Assembly: GCA_963712275.1 (NCBI GenBank)
Contig: CAVQHD010000001.1
Location: forward strand, 1,760,001-1,824,000
Direction of reading: 5' to 3'
From: an uncultured Rhabdochlamydiaceae bacterium
GTDB taxonomy: Bacteria > Chlamydiota > Chlamydiia > Chlamydiales > Rhabdochlamydiaceae
Length of the DNA: 64,000 nt
A model generated the notes under the pieces. That model was not told the DNA's origin, did not search any database, and was given only the letters and a program-made list of their open reading frames with translations. Positions 1 through 9,307 of this stretch are shown here, one piece after another. Made by a program: the position numbers and the translations under genes. Every line of letters begins with the position of its first letter. Position 1 is the first letter of the stretch.

Positions 1-1
1 A

Positions 2-586
2 TTTTTTAAATTTTACTACCCCGTTCTCACACCCATGCTCACCGACCTCCCCTCTTTTGAGCAGCGAAAACTTCTAACCCAAATTTCATCTCGAAAAAAA
101 AGCAAACATGAAAAAGAACTCTATACAGCTCGCCTCTCCGTCATCAAATTTTTTCAAGATCTGCCTGAAGGTGACTTTGAATTTTATGGGCACGGCTGGG
201 GAAAAGAGCCGTACCGCCACTACCTCGGAACAACTGATAATAAACTAGAGACCCTCAAAAACTATCGATTCTCGATCTGTTACGAAAACATGCGCGATGT
301 GAAAGGGTATATCACAGAAAAAATCTTTGATTGTTTTGCTGCTGGAACGATTCCAATTTATTGGGGAGCCAGCAATATCACCGATTTTATTCCTAAAGAA
401 TGTTTTATCGATCGCAGAAATTTTAATACTTTTGAAGAGGTTTACCATCACATCCAGACCATGGATCAAGACACCTATCAAACCTATCTAAAACATATTC
501 AAACCTTTCTAGAAAGCGACAAAGCCAAGCTTTTTTCTCAAGATATGTTTAACGTTATCTTTTTGGAAGCCATTCGCTTTCCTTAA
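2..586 (+). CDS. Glycosyltransferase family 10 (alpha-1,3-fucosyltransferase-like), 5' partial
   Basis: Motif YRFSICYEN...GYITEKIFDCFAAGTIPIYWG; frame is open back to the window start. Confidence 0.85.
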   Translation, partial: FFKFYYPVLTPMLTDLPSFEQRKLLTQISSRKKSKHEKELYTARLSVIKFFQDLPEGDFEFYGHGWGKEPYRHYLGTTDNKLETLKNYRFSICYENMRDVKGYITEKIFDCFAAGTIPIYWGASNITDFIPKECFIDRRNFNTFEEVYHHIQTMDQDTYQTYLKHIQTFLESDKAKLFSQDMFNVIFLEAIRFP

Positions 587-637
587 AATAAGCGCTTGGA
601 TTGTAGGAAATCATCCCCCTTTCTATAATCCCCTGTT

Positions 638-2494
638 ATGACGGATCCCGCTTCTTTTAATCAAGGGCTCGCTTTATTTGAGTATGGATCGCATCATAAC
701 TGTTTGCCAACTCTTCGATATGCAGCCAAAAAATTTCAGCAGGTAATCGAGCCAGTTGCAAAATCCCAATTTGGGGCCAAATCCGCAGCGAGTTTTGCAA
801 CTGGCTCGATTTCCTTTAATTCCCAGACACGTGAAGCTTGGCACCTCTGGGCAAAGACCCTTGCTCGTATCGCTTTTCTCTCCGGAAAAAAAGAAGATCT
901 TCTGAAGGCAAGCTTACAAATAGAGCAAGCCCTTCAATTTCTCTTACCAGAGCAGACCGCAAACCTTTATTGGGATGCCGGCATGATCCACTTTCGACTA
1001 GCCGAGTTGTCAGGAGAAATCGACGATCTTTTCAAAGCTATCGCCTCTTTTGAAAAAAGCGGTGAGAACATGCCAACTAACTTTTGGAATGATCTTGGAA
1101 AAGCCTATACAGCTCTGGCTGAGAAATTCCATGATAAACGTCCTGTTTTAAAAGCGGTCCAGTATTTTAAACAAGGAGTCTCCCAAACTCCTTCAAATTT
1201 TGAAGGATGGGTAGGGCTTGGAAAAAATTTTAAACGCCTCTACCAAATGACCCATGAAAATACCTATTTTGAGCAGGCGTCCGAATCTTTCAAAGTAGCC
1301 TCTCATCTCAACCCTCAGCTTCCGCAGTTATGGTTTGAAAGAATTGAGTTTCTTCTGGAAGTTGCAAGGCAAGAGCACGACCGAGCAAAACTGCAGACTG
1401 CTTTAGAGTGGTGTCAATCTGCACCCAGCTCTCCCTACTTATATGGACTTTGGGCTGAAGCGCTTGCCCTTTTGGGAGAGTGGGATGACTCCATCCACCT
1501 CATCCGCCAAGCAGAAGATAAACTTCGCGCTCTATTTGAGCAATGCGAAGAGGAGGACTTCTACCTTTTGCATTCGTATGGAAAGTGCCTCTTTTCTTTT
1601 GCAAGATATTACCATGATCTTGATCTATACTATCAAGCCATTGAACAATTTCAGGCATCACTTTCCATCGACCGAACTGAGCAGCAGGGCTGGATCTGGA
1701 TGGGAAAGGTTTACATGGAGCTGTTTCACTGTTTTAAGGATCTCGATGCCCTTGAAAAAGCGGTCTATTTTTATCATAAGGCTCTCCAAATCAGAATCGA
1801 CCCCTTTCTCTATTTTGAAGTCGCTATCGCCCTCATTCACCTCGGAGAAACAGAGCGAAATCCTGCGCTCCTTCAGCAAGCGCTTGATTATCTTGAGTAT
1901 TTCTCACAAGTTCATCTAAGAGATACTCGATGGTCTTATTATTACGGAATGGCCCTAGATCTTCTCGGGGATTTTGAAGAAGAAGCCTCCCTTCATCATC
2001 AAGCGTTAGACCTATTTAGAGCTGTTTTAATGTCTACTCCCCATGATGGAGCAACCCATCATCGGATTGCACTCGCTTACTCCCATCTTGGAGAAGCGGT
2101 GGGCGAAATCGATTATTTCCTCCGCGCTATCCATCATTTCCAACTGAGCCAACAGGTGCTTGAAAATAAAGAAATCATTTACCTTGATTGGGGAGTCACT
2201 TGGATCAATCTCTCTCAACACAGAGCAAGTGCTTTAATGGAAGAAAATGATTTTCACCAAGCAGAACATGCGCTTATGCAAGCAGCCCGACTTGGAAACC
2301 AGCACGCTTTGTATCCTCTTGCCTGCCTCTACTCGTTGCAAGGCCTGCTTGACCTCTCCCTCCATTACCTCAATAAAGCACGCCAAGCGGGCACCCTGCC
2401 TCCATTGGAAGAGGTACTAGATGATGACTGGTTAGAAAGCGTGCGGTTAACCCCTGCCTTTCAGGAATTCCTCGCTCTTTTGCAAAAAAGTTGA
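638..2494 (+). CDS. TPR-repeat protein (chlamydial type) carrying an in-frame palindromic insertion
   Basis: 618-aa ORF with repeated TPR-like helices (W...G...A...F..A); C-terminal ALYPLACLYSLQG; TTGTAG-N17-TATAAT at 601-629. Confidence 0.8.
   Translation: MTDPASFNQGLALFEYGSHHNCLPTLRYAAKKFQQVIEPVAKSQFGAKSAASFATGSISFNSQTREAWHLWAKTLARIAFLSGKKEDLLKASLQIEQALQFLLPEQTANLYWDAGMIHFRLAELSGEIDDLFKAIASFEKSGENMPTNFWNDLGKAYTALAEKFHDKRPVLKAVQYFKQGVSQTPSNFEGWVGLGKNFKRLYQMTHENTYFEQASESFKVASHLNPQLPQLWFERIEFLLEVARQEHDRAKLQTALEWCQSAPSSPYLYGLWAEALALLGEWDDSIHLIRQAEDKLRALFEQCEEEDFYLLHSYGKCLFSFARYYHDLDLYYQAIEQFQASLSIDRTEQQGWIWMGKVYMELFHCFKDLDALEKAVYFYHKALQIRIDPFLYFEVAIALIHLGETERNPALLQQALDYLEYFSQVHLRDTRWSYYYGMALDLLGDFEEEASLHHQALDLFRAVLMSTPHDGATHHRIALAYSHLGEAVGEIDYFLRAIHHFQLSQQVLENKEIIYLDWGVTWINLSQHRASALMEENDFHQAEHALMQAARLGNQHALYPLACLYSLQGLLDLSLHYLNKARQAGTLPPLEEVLDDDWLESVRLTPAFQEFLALLQKS
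749..807. mobile_element. Short palindromic MITE-like element (GAGCCAGTTGCAAAA ends), in frame within the TPR gene
   Basis: 19-bp perfect IR 745-763/793-811; interior TTTGGGGCCAAATCCGC and AGCGAGTTTTGCAACT match the two ends of the element at 37001-37191. Confidence 0.8.
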
Positions 2495-2503
2495 TACTCT
2501 AAA

Positions 2504-2615
2504 GAGGTCGTTGCAAAACTCAGGGTTCAAAGTCGATATTACCCCCGCAATTTGGATCGAAAATCGGTTCAAAAGAACCCGAAAATCGACGAACCTTAAG
2601 TTTTGCAACGACCTC
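2504..2615. mobile_element. Palindromic MITE-like element with the left arm interior deleted
   Basis: IR AGAGGTCGTTGCAAAACT 2503-2520/2599-2616; flanked by TAAA/TAAA; interior matches the loop and right arm of the 48399 element. Confidence 0.85.
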
Positions 2616-2641
2616 TAAATGCTTAACTCTTTGGATGGACC

Positions 2642-4441
2642 ATGGATCGACGTACGATTATTTTTGTTGTTCTAATGACAACAACCTTTTTCTTGATCAA
2701 TCATTTTTTATTTCCCCCACGTCCCTCTAAAGTAGAAGTGGGTGTTGTAGTTGAAGGGGAGCCTACTGTTTCTCCTCCTAAAGCGCCTCTGAAAGATGAA
2801 ACCCTTTACGTCATTGAAAATGCGTATCAGCAATTGGTGATTTCGTCTCTCAATGGAGCGTTAGCTGAAATTAACCTTCCTCTTCAAACAAAAGAAAATT
2901 CTGAGAGCGTTGTAAAAAAGATTTGGATCGATCAAGCCCTGGAAAAAGACCATCCTCAAGAGGACTATTTCCCTTCAGCTCCCTATCAAACCTATCAAGG
3001 CTCTTTCAATCTGGGAGAGCTTGGAGGATATTATCCGCTTCTCAGACGGCATGTCGCACCCGCCTACTATGGGCTTGCCACAACCACCTCCAATCCCAAT
3101 AGCGCACAAACCCACTATCGTCTGAAGCGACTCGAAAAAAACCTCGTTGAGCTTGAAGGGACAACAGCAGGCGTTGTCTTAAGAAAAACCTATCAACTTC
3201 CCGATGATCCTTCAAAGACTCCCTACTCTTTTAATCTAACCATCACAACAGACGAAAATCCATCGGAGCTTGCCCTTTCAACAGGTGTGCCAGACGTAGA
3301 AATCGTTTCAGGAAGCTCATCGCCTGCTTTAAAATATCGGATACTGAACCAACGCCAAAAAGGCGTTATTGAACAGATCTCCCTGCCGAAGGAGTCCATC
3401 TCGATGACATCAATGCATCCCGAATGGATTTCCAACTCCAACGGTTTTTTTGCGATTCTCATCGAGCCTCAAGAGACGATGGGCGCTGGGTTTTCCGCTT
3501 CTCGAGTTCCTGGAACATCAGTTCCCACCCGTTTAAGCTTAATTGATGCGGAACAAAACCGGTTTCCGGCAGCAAATTACCCCGGATACGATCTTAAAAT
3601 GCCTTTCAACACAAGCCAAGGAACTTATACATTTCATATCTTTGCAGGACCTCTAGCCTCCTCTGTTCTCGAAACAAATGATGCTGTTTTCAAGGCAGAT
3701 TATAAAGGAATGCAAAGCTTTCATGGATGGTTTGCATTCATCTCAGAGCCGTTTGCAAAATTTTTATTCTTTTTGATGAAGATTTTTTACGTGACGATTC
3801 ACTCCTGGGGATTTTCCATTATTTTGCTAACAATTGCGCTCCGCCTCATGATGTATCCCCTCAATGCATGGTCTATCCGTTCAACGATCAAAATGCAAAA
3901 GCTCTCCCCCAAACTCTCAGCGTTGCAGCAGCGGCATAAAAAGGATCCAAAGAAAGCTCAAGCGGAGATGATGAACCTCTACCGCGAGAACGGGGTCAAC
4001 CCTCTTGGAGGATGCTTTCCTCTCCTCATTCAAATGCCCTTTTTGATTGGAATGTTCGACCTTCTTAAGTCAACCTTTGAGCTCCGAGGCGTCTCTTTTA
4101 TTCCAGGGTGGATCACCAATTTGACTGCTCCTGATATTCTTTTTTCTTGGAGCACGCCGATCTGGTTTATTGGAAATTCATTCCACCTGCTTCCCATTCT
4201 CCTCGGCGCTGTGATGTTCTTGCAACAGAAAATGAGCGGAATGGGTCCCCGCAATCCAAAAACCATGACCGATCAACAAAAGCAACAACGAATGATGGGA
4301 CATATCATGGTCGTTGTTTTCACCGTTTTATTTTACAACTTTCCCTCAGGACTCAATCTTTACTGGCTTTCCTCCATGCTTCTTGCCATTTTACAACAGT
4401 GGTGGATGACTAAAAATATGACAAAGAGTGTTAAAACGTGA
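2642..4441 (+). CDS. yidC: Membrane protein insertase YidC
   Basis: WGFSIILLTIALRLMMYPL, GVNPLGGCFPLLIQMP and FPSGLNLYW motifs. Confidence 0.97.
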   Translation: MDRRTIIFVVLMTTTFFLINHFLFPPRPSKVEVGVVVEGEPTVSPPKAPLKDETLYVIENAYQQLVISSLNGALAEINLPLQTKENSESVVKKIWIDQALEKDHPQEDYFPSAPYQTYQGSFNLGELGGYYPLLRRHVAPAYYGLATTTSNPNSAQTHYRLKRLEKNLVELEGTTAGVVLRKTYQLPDDPSKTPYSFNLTITTDENPSELALSTGVPDVEIVSGSSSPALKYRILNQRQKGVIEQISLPKESISMTSMHPEWISNSNGFFAILIEPQETMGAGFSASRVPGTSVPTRLSLIDAEQNRFPAANYPGYDLKMPFNTSQGTYTFHIFAGPLASSVLETNDAVFKADYKGMQSFHGWFAFISEPFAKFLFFLMKIFYVTIHSWGFSIILLTIALRLMMYPLNAWSIRSTIKMQKLSPKLSALQQRHKKDPKKAQAEMMNLYRENGVNPLGGCFPLLIQMPFLIGMFDLLKSTFELRGVSFIPGWITNLTAPDILFSWSTPIWFIGNSFHLLPILLGAVMFLQQKMSGMGPRNPKTMTDQQKQQRMMGHIMVVVFTVLFYNFPSGLNLYWLSSMLLAILQQWWMTKNMTKSVKT

Positions 4442-5727
4442 AGGAATGGCAGGCCTTTTTAGAAGAGCAAAAAAAAGAGCTTGGATGCGATGCCATTGAC
4501 CGGTGGGCTAAAAGTCTTAAAATCATCAATTTTGATGCAGGCAATCTCTATCTTGAGGCTGAAGACCCCTTTCAACTCTACTGGTTTGAACAGTATCTGC
4601 GCCCCCTGATCAAAGCAGCATTTAAAAATATCAACGGCAGATCTGTCCACGTTCACCTTTCTCTTATCAATGCGACTCTTCCTGTTAAAAAAAAAGAATG
4701 GATTCCACCGCTCAATCTAACCCCCGATTCGATTCTCTCTAATCGCACGTTTACAACCTATTTTTCAGGAGTTGCAAACGATCCTCCCTTTAAGCTTTTT
4801 CAAGACGTTTTAAAAAGGAAAAATTTTAACCCCATCTATCTTCATGGACCCTCTGGCGTTGGGAAAACCCATCTTCTCATGGCTGCCTGTCATCAAACCA
4901 AACAGCAAGGGCAAACCTATTTTTATGTGAAAGCCGACCGGTTTACCCAACATATCGTTGCCGCAATGCGAGGGGGAGCCATGCCGCAGTTCAGAGAGTT
5001 GTACCGTCGGTATGACGTCCTCGTCCTAGACGAGGTTGAACAGCTCTCAGAGCGGACCGCTTCTCAAGAAGAGCTGTTTCATACGTTCAACACACTCCAT
5101 CTCGCAGGGAAACAAATCCTACTTGCCGGACAAGAGCTCCCTTCCCGCCTAAAAGGCATCGAACCCCGCTTAACAAGCCGGTTTGAATGGGGGCTTGTGC
5201 TCTCTTTCCAGCCGCTAACCCCCTCAGAGCAAGCCCTTTTTTTTCATCAGCTTCTGCATCAAAAAAAGATCACCCTGGATCCAGAAATCGCTCAGGCTTG
5301 CCTCTCGCTTCTTCCTTCGATCCCGCTCCTTTACCGGGCAGCCGATATCTTAGAGGTTCGCTTAAAGGAAGCCAAGCCGACTCTGCCCCTTCTCCAAATA
5401 TGGTTTGCAACCCTCATTCAAGAACACAAGAGAAAAGCTCTCACCTCCGAAACAATTTTTAAAGCTGTCGCTTCTCATTTCGACATTCGTCCATCAGATC
5501 TTTGTGGAAAGTCTCAGACATCGCAGCACACAACCCCCAGACAAGTCGCCATGTATCTATGCCGAAAACAGCTTCATCTTCCCTATACGAAAATCGGCGA
5601 AATTTTTTCCCGCGACCACTCCACCGTGATGACCAGCGTCAAGCTCATCGATAAAAAGCTCAAAGAAACCCCTCTCCTGCAAGACGCCGTCCGCGACATC
5701 CTTGAGACTCTCAAGAAAACCCTCTAA
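4438..5727 (+). CDS. dnaA: Chromosomal replication initiator DnaA (chlamydial yidC-linked paralogue)
   Basis: Walker A GPSGVGKTHL, QEELFHTFNTL, RLTSRFEWGL, domain IV RDHSTV. Confidence 0.93.
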   Translation: MKEWQAFLEEQKKELGCDAIDRWAKSLKIINFDAGNLYLEAEDPFQLYWFEQYLRPLIKAAFKNINGRSVHVHLSLINATLPVKKKEWIPPLNLTPDSILSNRTFTTYFSGVANDPPFKLFQDVLKRKNFNPIYLHGPSGVGKTHLLMAACHQTKQQGQTYFYVKADRFTQHIVAAMRGGAMPQFRELYRRYDVLVLDEVEQLSERTASQEELFHTFNTLHLAGKQILLAGQELPSRLKGIEPRLTSRFEWGLVLSFQPLTPSEQALFFHQLLHQKKITLDPEIAQACLSLLPSIPLLYRAADILEVRLKEAKPTLPLLQIWFATLIQEHKRKALTSETIFKAVASHFDIRPSDLCGKSQTSQHTTPRQVAMYLCRKQLHLPYTKIGEIFSRDHSTVMTSVKLIDKKLKETPLLQDAVRDILETLKKTL

Positions 5728-5775
5728 AACAAAATTATTTGCGAAAATACTAGCAATCGGTAAAATGATTTGCAT

Positions 5776-5833
5776 ATCCCGCATGGAGACCCCATGCGAA
5801 AGCCACGGGCCATAAACCCGTGGTTTGTTTTTT
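5776..5833 (+). ncRNA. Putative structured RNA leader (two hairpins plus U-tract) upstream of the NYN pseudogene
   Basis: CGCATGG-5nt-CCATGCG, 3-nt linker, GCCACGGG-7nt-CCCGTGGT, then TTGTTTTTT; covaries with the copy at 39110-39166. Confidence 0.65.
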
Positions 5834-5845
5834 CAATGGACAAGT

Positions 5846-6036
5846 ATGGCTCAACAAAGAGTAGTCGTTTTTGTCGATGGGCTTAATCTATATCATGCCA
5901 TATCCACTCTTCACCGGCAAGAATTGGAATGGGTTGACTTAAGAGTTCTATCAAAATTGTTACCGATGCTGCTCACATAATGTCAGTATCTCGTCCTCTG
6001 GAATATAGCCCTAAGACGGAAATATTGCGAAGATAG
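5846..6036 (+). pseudogene. Internally deleted NYN-domain (LabA/DUF88-like) gene
   Basis: MAQQRVVVFVDGLNLYHAI...LEWVDL joined out of frame near 5952 to KIVTDAAHIMSVSRPLEYSP; these match the N- and C-termini of the 39178 protein. Confidence 0.8.
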
Positions 6037-6057
6037 CTTGAAAGTTCAATGAGTCCC

Positions 6058-7308
6058 TTAAATCGCACCTTGAGCTCTAAACCTATTCTCAAGAGACTCC
6101 CCAAACCCATTCATGACATATATTTCACACGTGTTTGGGTGGTGGCGTGCCCATCTTTCGCTAGAATCGTTATATCTTGGATCTTGGCTGATGCCAAGCA
6201 GGTTCAGGCCTTGGAAAAAGTCTCTTATTGCCTGGCCATGAGAAACAACCACCACTAAGTCTCCAGGTGGAGTCTGAGCATGTGCCGACATGATCCCTGC
6301 AAACATCCGCTGAAAGAGTTGATACCGGCTTTCTGGAGTGTTGTTAGGTTTTGTAAAAAATCGCTTTTCTGGAGGGAGAGCTTCGTAGGCTTTGTAGCTT
6401 GGATCTACTTTACGCACTTTTCTAGGGGTTGGGTCATGTTCTTTTTCTCGAAGGCGTGCATCTTCGGTGAATTGCGATTGCAGACTTTTCACACTTTCAT
6501 TCTCCGCAATCAATCGGCCCGTTTCTTGCGAACGTTTCATAGAGGAGACAAAAAAGGCAACCTTTTTACAGCCATATTCTTCGTGGAGCTCTTTGATTGC
6601 TTGTGCCGTGGGACCCGTCTGATTCCGCCCCCGTTCAGTTAAAGCCGGGTCATTTCCTTTGTCTTTATCAGCGTGCCGCATGAGCACAATCACTCTATGA
6701 GCCGCCTGCGTAAAGATTTGGTAGTAATTCCACGCCTGATACCCTCTGACCGCTGTTAAAGCGACTTTTAAACCAAACTCGGCGCCTTCTAAACTTTTCC
6801 ACTCCTTTTGCTGAGCCCGTTTTTTCGCTTCATTCACCTGATAAAGGTTTAAAACAGTTTGAGCAACATAGGAAATAATGGTGACTTGTAAAGAACGCCT
6901 CATATGTGGAAACAGGCATAAATTAACAAGCGCTAGCGCATCGATAACCAAGGCCATGATCTTTTCAAATAGAGGCACTCCTGTCTCTCTTAACAACCCT
7001 AAAAACCCTTCGGTTACTGACACAATTTTGCCTATTTTAAGGCTTGCCTTGTGGTTTAAGACAATACCCGCAAACTCAAATATATTCTTTACAACTGGAA
7101 GAAGCGATTCATCAAGCGACCTTCCGGCATCCAGAATATTGAGTCCTCCCATGAGATAGGCCAGAGGCCGCTCCATCGGCTTATACAGAGAAATGAGTGG
7201 AAGCGCCGCCTCCACAATACGGCTGAATTCTTTTCCAGAACAGAATGGAACTGATCCACTTTGATTCAATTGATAAAACGGAATGTATTGACTTAATAAA
7301 GCAACCAT
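6058..7308 (-). CDS. Histidine phosphatase domain fused to an N-terminal hydrophobic region
   Basis: VIVLMRHAD, SSMKRSQETG, LRE and VVVVSHG motifs in the C-terminal half. Confidence 0.75.
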   Translation of the reverse strand: MVALLSQYIPFYQLNQSGSVPFCSGKEFSRIVEAALPLISLYKPMERPLAYLMGGLNILDAGRSLDESLLPVVKNIFEFAGIVLNHKASLKIGKIVSVTEGFLGLLRETGVPLFEKIMALVIDALALVNLCLFPHMRRSLQVTIISYVAQTVLNLYQVNEAKKRAQQKEWKSLEGAEFGLKVALTAVRGYQAWNYYQIFTQAAHRVIVLMRHADKDKGNDPALTERGRNQTGPTAQAIKELHEEYGCKKVAFFVSSMKRSQETGRLIAENESVKSLQSQFTEDARLREKEHDPTPRKVRKVDPSYKAYEALPPEKRFFTKPNNTPESRYQLFQRMFAGIMSAHAQTPPGDLVVVVSHGQAIRDFFQGLNLLGISQDPRYNDSSERWARHHPNTCEIYVMNGFGESLENRFRAQGAI

Positions 7309-7343
7309 AAATATTCTTTAGATAAAGATTGTAAATTTTTTTA

Positions 7344-8198
7344 TTATACCGATCGGGCAGTAATGAATATCCCTGTAATAATACTTGCGGAACTCAATAA
7401 AGCCTTCGTATAAAACTCCCGGCTTTGATTTATTGCTTTTTTTTGAGGATCATAGCATTTCCGTGCGTATAATATACCGCAACATCCTCCTAACGTCATC
7501 ACACCCCCAATACCAGGGAGGAGAAAGTCGATTGCTTGCCAAGTTTTTCTTACTGAGCTCACTTTTGAATTAACTTGAGTACTGTCATCTAAAAAAGCAG
7601 CGGAGCCTGATAAATCCTTCGCAAAAGCATCCCATATATGGTTTATGCTCTGCGTAAAACGATCTTGAAGATCACTCTTCATAATCTTTACATCTTTTTT
7701 CAACTCTTCTAATGCTGACTTTAATAATAGACGGTCCTCTTCTGATTTAGAAGAGGCATAAGTGTCAGCGATCTCTTCTAGCCGATTGTGGATAACGAGG
7801 CACACTTTAAATACTTCATCAATAAAATTTTTAAATAGCGGCCCAGCTCTTGTCTCTAATTCAGCTTTGGCTTTTAGATTCGCAGGAAAATCGACTTCTT
7901 TAGAAATCGCAGATAAGAGGTTATTCCATACAGATCGTAGGCGACTCTCGAAAGTTATCTTGATGCTATTCCTCGTCCATACTATCACGAATTGTAATCT
8001 GTCGATTCTTTTGATCGAGAAATCAGGGTCATGAATATGTTGTATGTTTTTTTCTAATAATCCTAAGAAACCATCAAAAGCGTCACCCATATCTTCTCTA
8101 AAGTTGCCTAAAATACGATATGCTCTCTTCACTGCTACCCCCAGATTTTCAGGCAGGGTTTCTAGCGTTGGGCGGATACTGTTAGATATGATAGCCAT
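7344..8198 (-). CDS. Hypothetical helical protein with a C-terminal bilobed hydrophobic region
   Basis: 284-aa ORF; two hydrophobic segments at the C-terminus. Confidence 0.65.
   Translation of the reverse strand: MAIISNSIRPTLETLPENLGVAVKRAYRILGNFREDMGDAFDGFLGLLEKNIQHIHDPDFSIKRIDRLQFVIVWTRNSIKITFESRLRSVWNNLLSAISKEVDFPANLKAKAELETRAGPLFKNFIDEVFKVCLVIHNRLEEIADTYASSKSEEDRLLLKSALEELKKDVKIMKSDLQDRFTQSINHIWDAFAKDLSGSAAFLDDSTQVNSKVSSVRKTWQAIDFLLPGIGGVMTLGGCCGILYARKCYDPQKKAINQSREFYTKALLSSASIITGIFITARSV
7353..7407 (+). repeat. 55-bp direct repeat, copy 1 (copy 2 at 9175-9229)
   Basis: TCGG(G/A)CAGTAATGAATAT(C/T)CCTG(T/C)AATAATACTTGCGGAACTCAATAAAGCCTTC; 3 mismatches. Confidence 0.9.
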
Positions 8199-8564
8199 TT
8201 TTAATCCTTGTGTTTAAATTTAACTAACACAGTTTATCATTTATTTGTTAATAAAACAAATTAAATAAAAAATACGAATAATAAATATATTAATAATGGA
8301 TTGGGTTAAATGGCTTCACGAGCGGACTGGACGGAGTTTGGGGGGATACACTTCATCAGTTGTTAAAGAGTTATGTTTTGGAAGTGAAAAGGCAAAGGAG
8401 ATTTTAGATCATGTTTCTCACCCCCCTGCCCAATAGAGTCACTAAAAGACTGTTTTACATATAAACTATATTTTAATTAAATCGCTATATAGATAAAATT
8501 ATTCATACGCTTGCTTATTATTAAGCATATAAATATACTAATTATTCGATAAACAAGGGATTTT

Positions 8565-9170
8565 ATGACAATACGAGCAATAAACATCAACGTTAATTTT
8601 GATTCTAATAATTTACTTTTCATGCAATGCGCAGGAGGGATTATCGGAGGGCAGAAAATTGGAAAAGCTCTTCTTAAAGTACTGCCGATGCAATTTGACA
8701 CATTTGTTTGGATGGGAGTGAGAGCGAAGTGCTTGCTTGATCGGGTAAAACCATTATCCCTTTTCAGAACGCATCCTCATTTGCATACCGTACTCCAAAT
8801 CTGTGTTAGTGGGATCATGGCTCTGAATGCACTCAATGGGTACATGGGACATATCGATCTCAACAAGACTGATAATTGGTTCAATAAAGTGAGCATCAAA
8901 ACTTGGAACTACTCCTGCCAAGCGATCTCTGTCTTGTCCATCCTTGACTTTATTGATATCAAGCGCCCTGCTAAAATTCTCACACTTTTAGGGTCTACAT
9001 GCATCACAATTTTAAATGAGCGAAAGCAGCTCCCTCAAAGACTATCCGCTCTTTGGGATCAAGCATTTGGGAATACACTGCTTGGTAAGGGGTTATGCTT
9101 GCTTGGCACTGTTGCCAATCTTGGAAAAATCGTCTTGAATTACGAGAGCACCCGAAGAGCTTTCATCTAA
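8565..9170 (+). CDS. Hypothetical membrane protein
   Basis: 201-aa ORF with several hydrophobic segments. Confidence 0.6.
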   Translation: MTIRAININVNFDSNNLLFMQCAGGIIGGQKIGKALLKVLPMQFDTFVWMGVRAKCLLDRVKPLSLFRTHPHLHTVLQICVSGIMALNALNGYMGHIDLNKTDNWFNKVSIKTWNYSCQAISVLSILDFIDIKRPAKILTLLGSTCITILNERKQLPQRLSALWDQAFGNTLLGKGLCLLGTVANLGKIVLNYESTRRAFI

Positions 9171-9174
9171 CATT

Positions 9175-9229
9175 TCGGACAGTAATGAATATTCCTGCAA
9201 TAATACTTGCGGAACTCAATAAAGCCTTC
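9175..9229 (+). repeat. 55-bp direct repeat, copy 2; relic 3' end of a paralogue of the 7344-8198 gene
   Basis: Minus strand encodes KALLSSASIIAGIFITVR versus KALLSSASIITGIFITAR. Confidence 0.85.
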
Positions 9230-9307
9230 TTCATCAAGATTTTATTTCTCAAGGACAAAATCGAGCTCAAAATGTAAAATCTCTTTTAAAACGAAACACA
9301 GGTTCTT

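Noticed and set aside
5728..5845. oriC next to dnaA
   Set aside because: No cluster of TTATCCACA-like boxes seen; the region is explained by the NYN leader.
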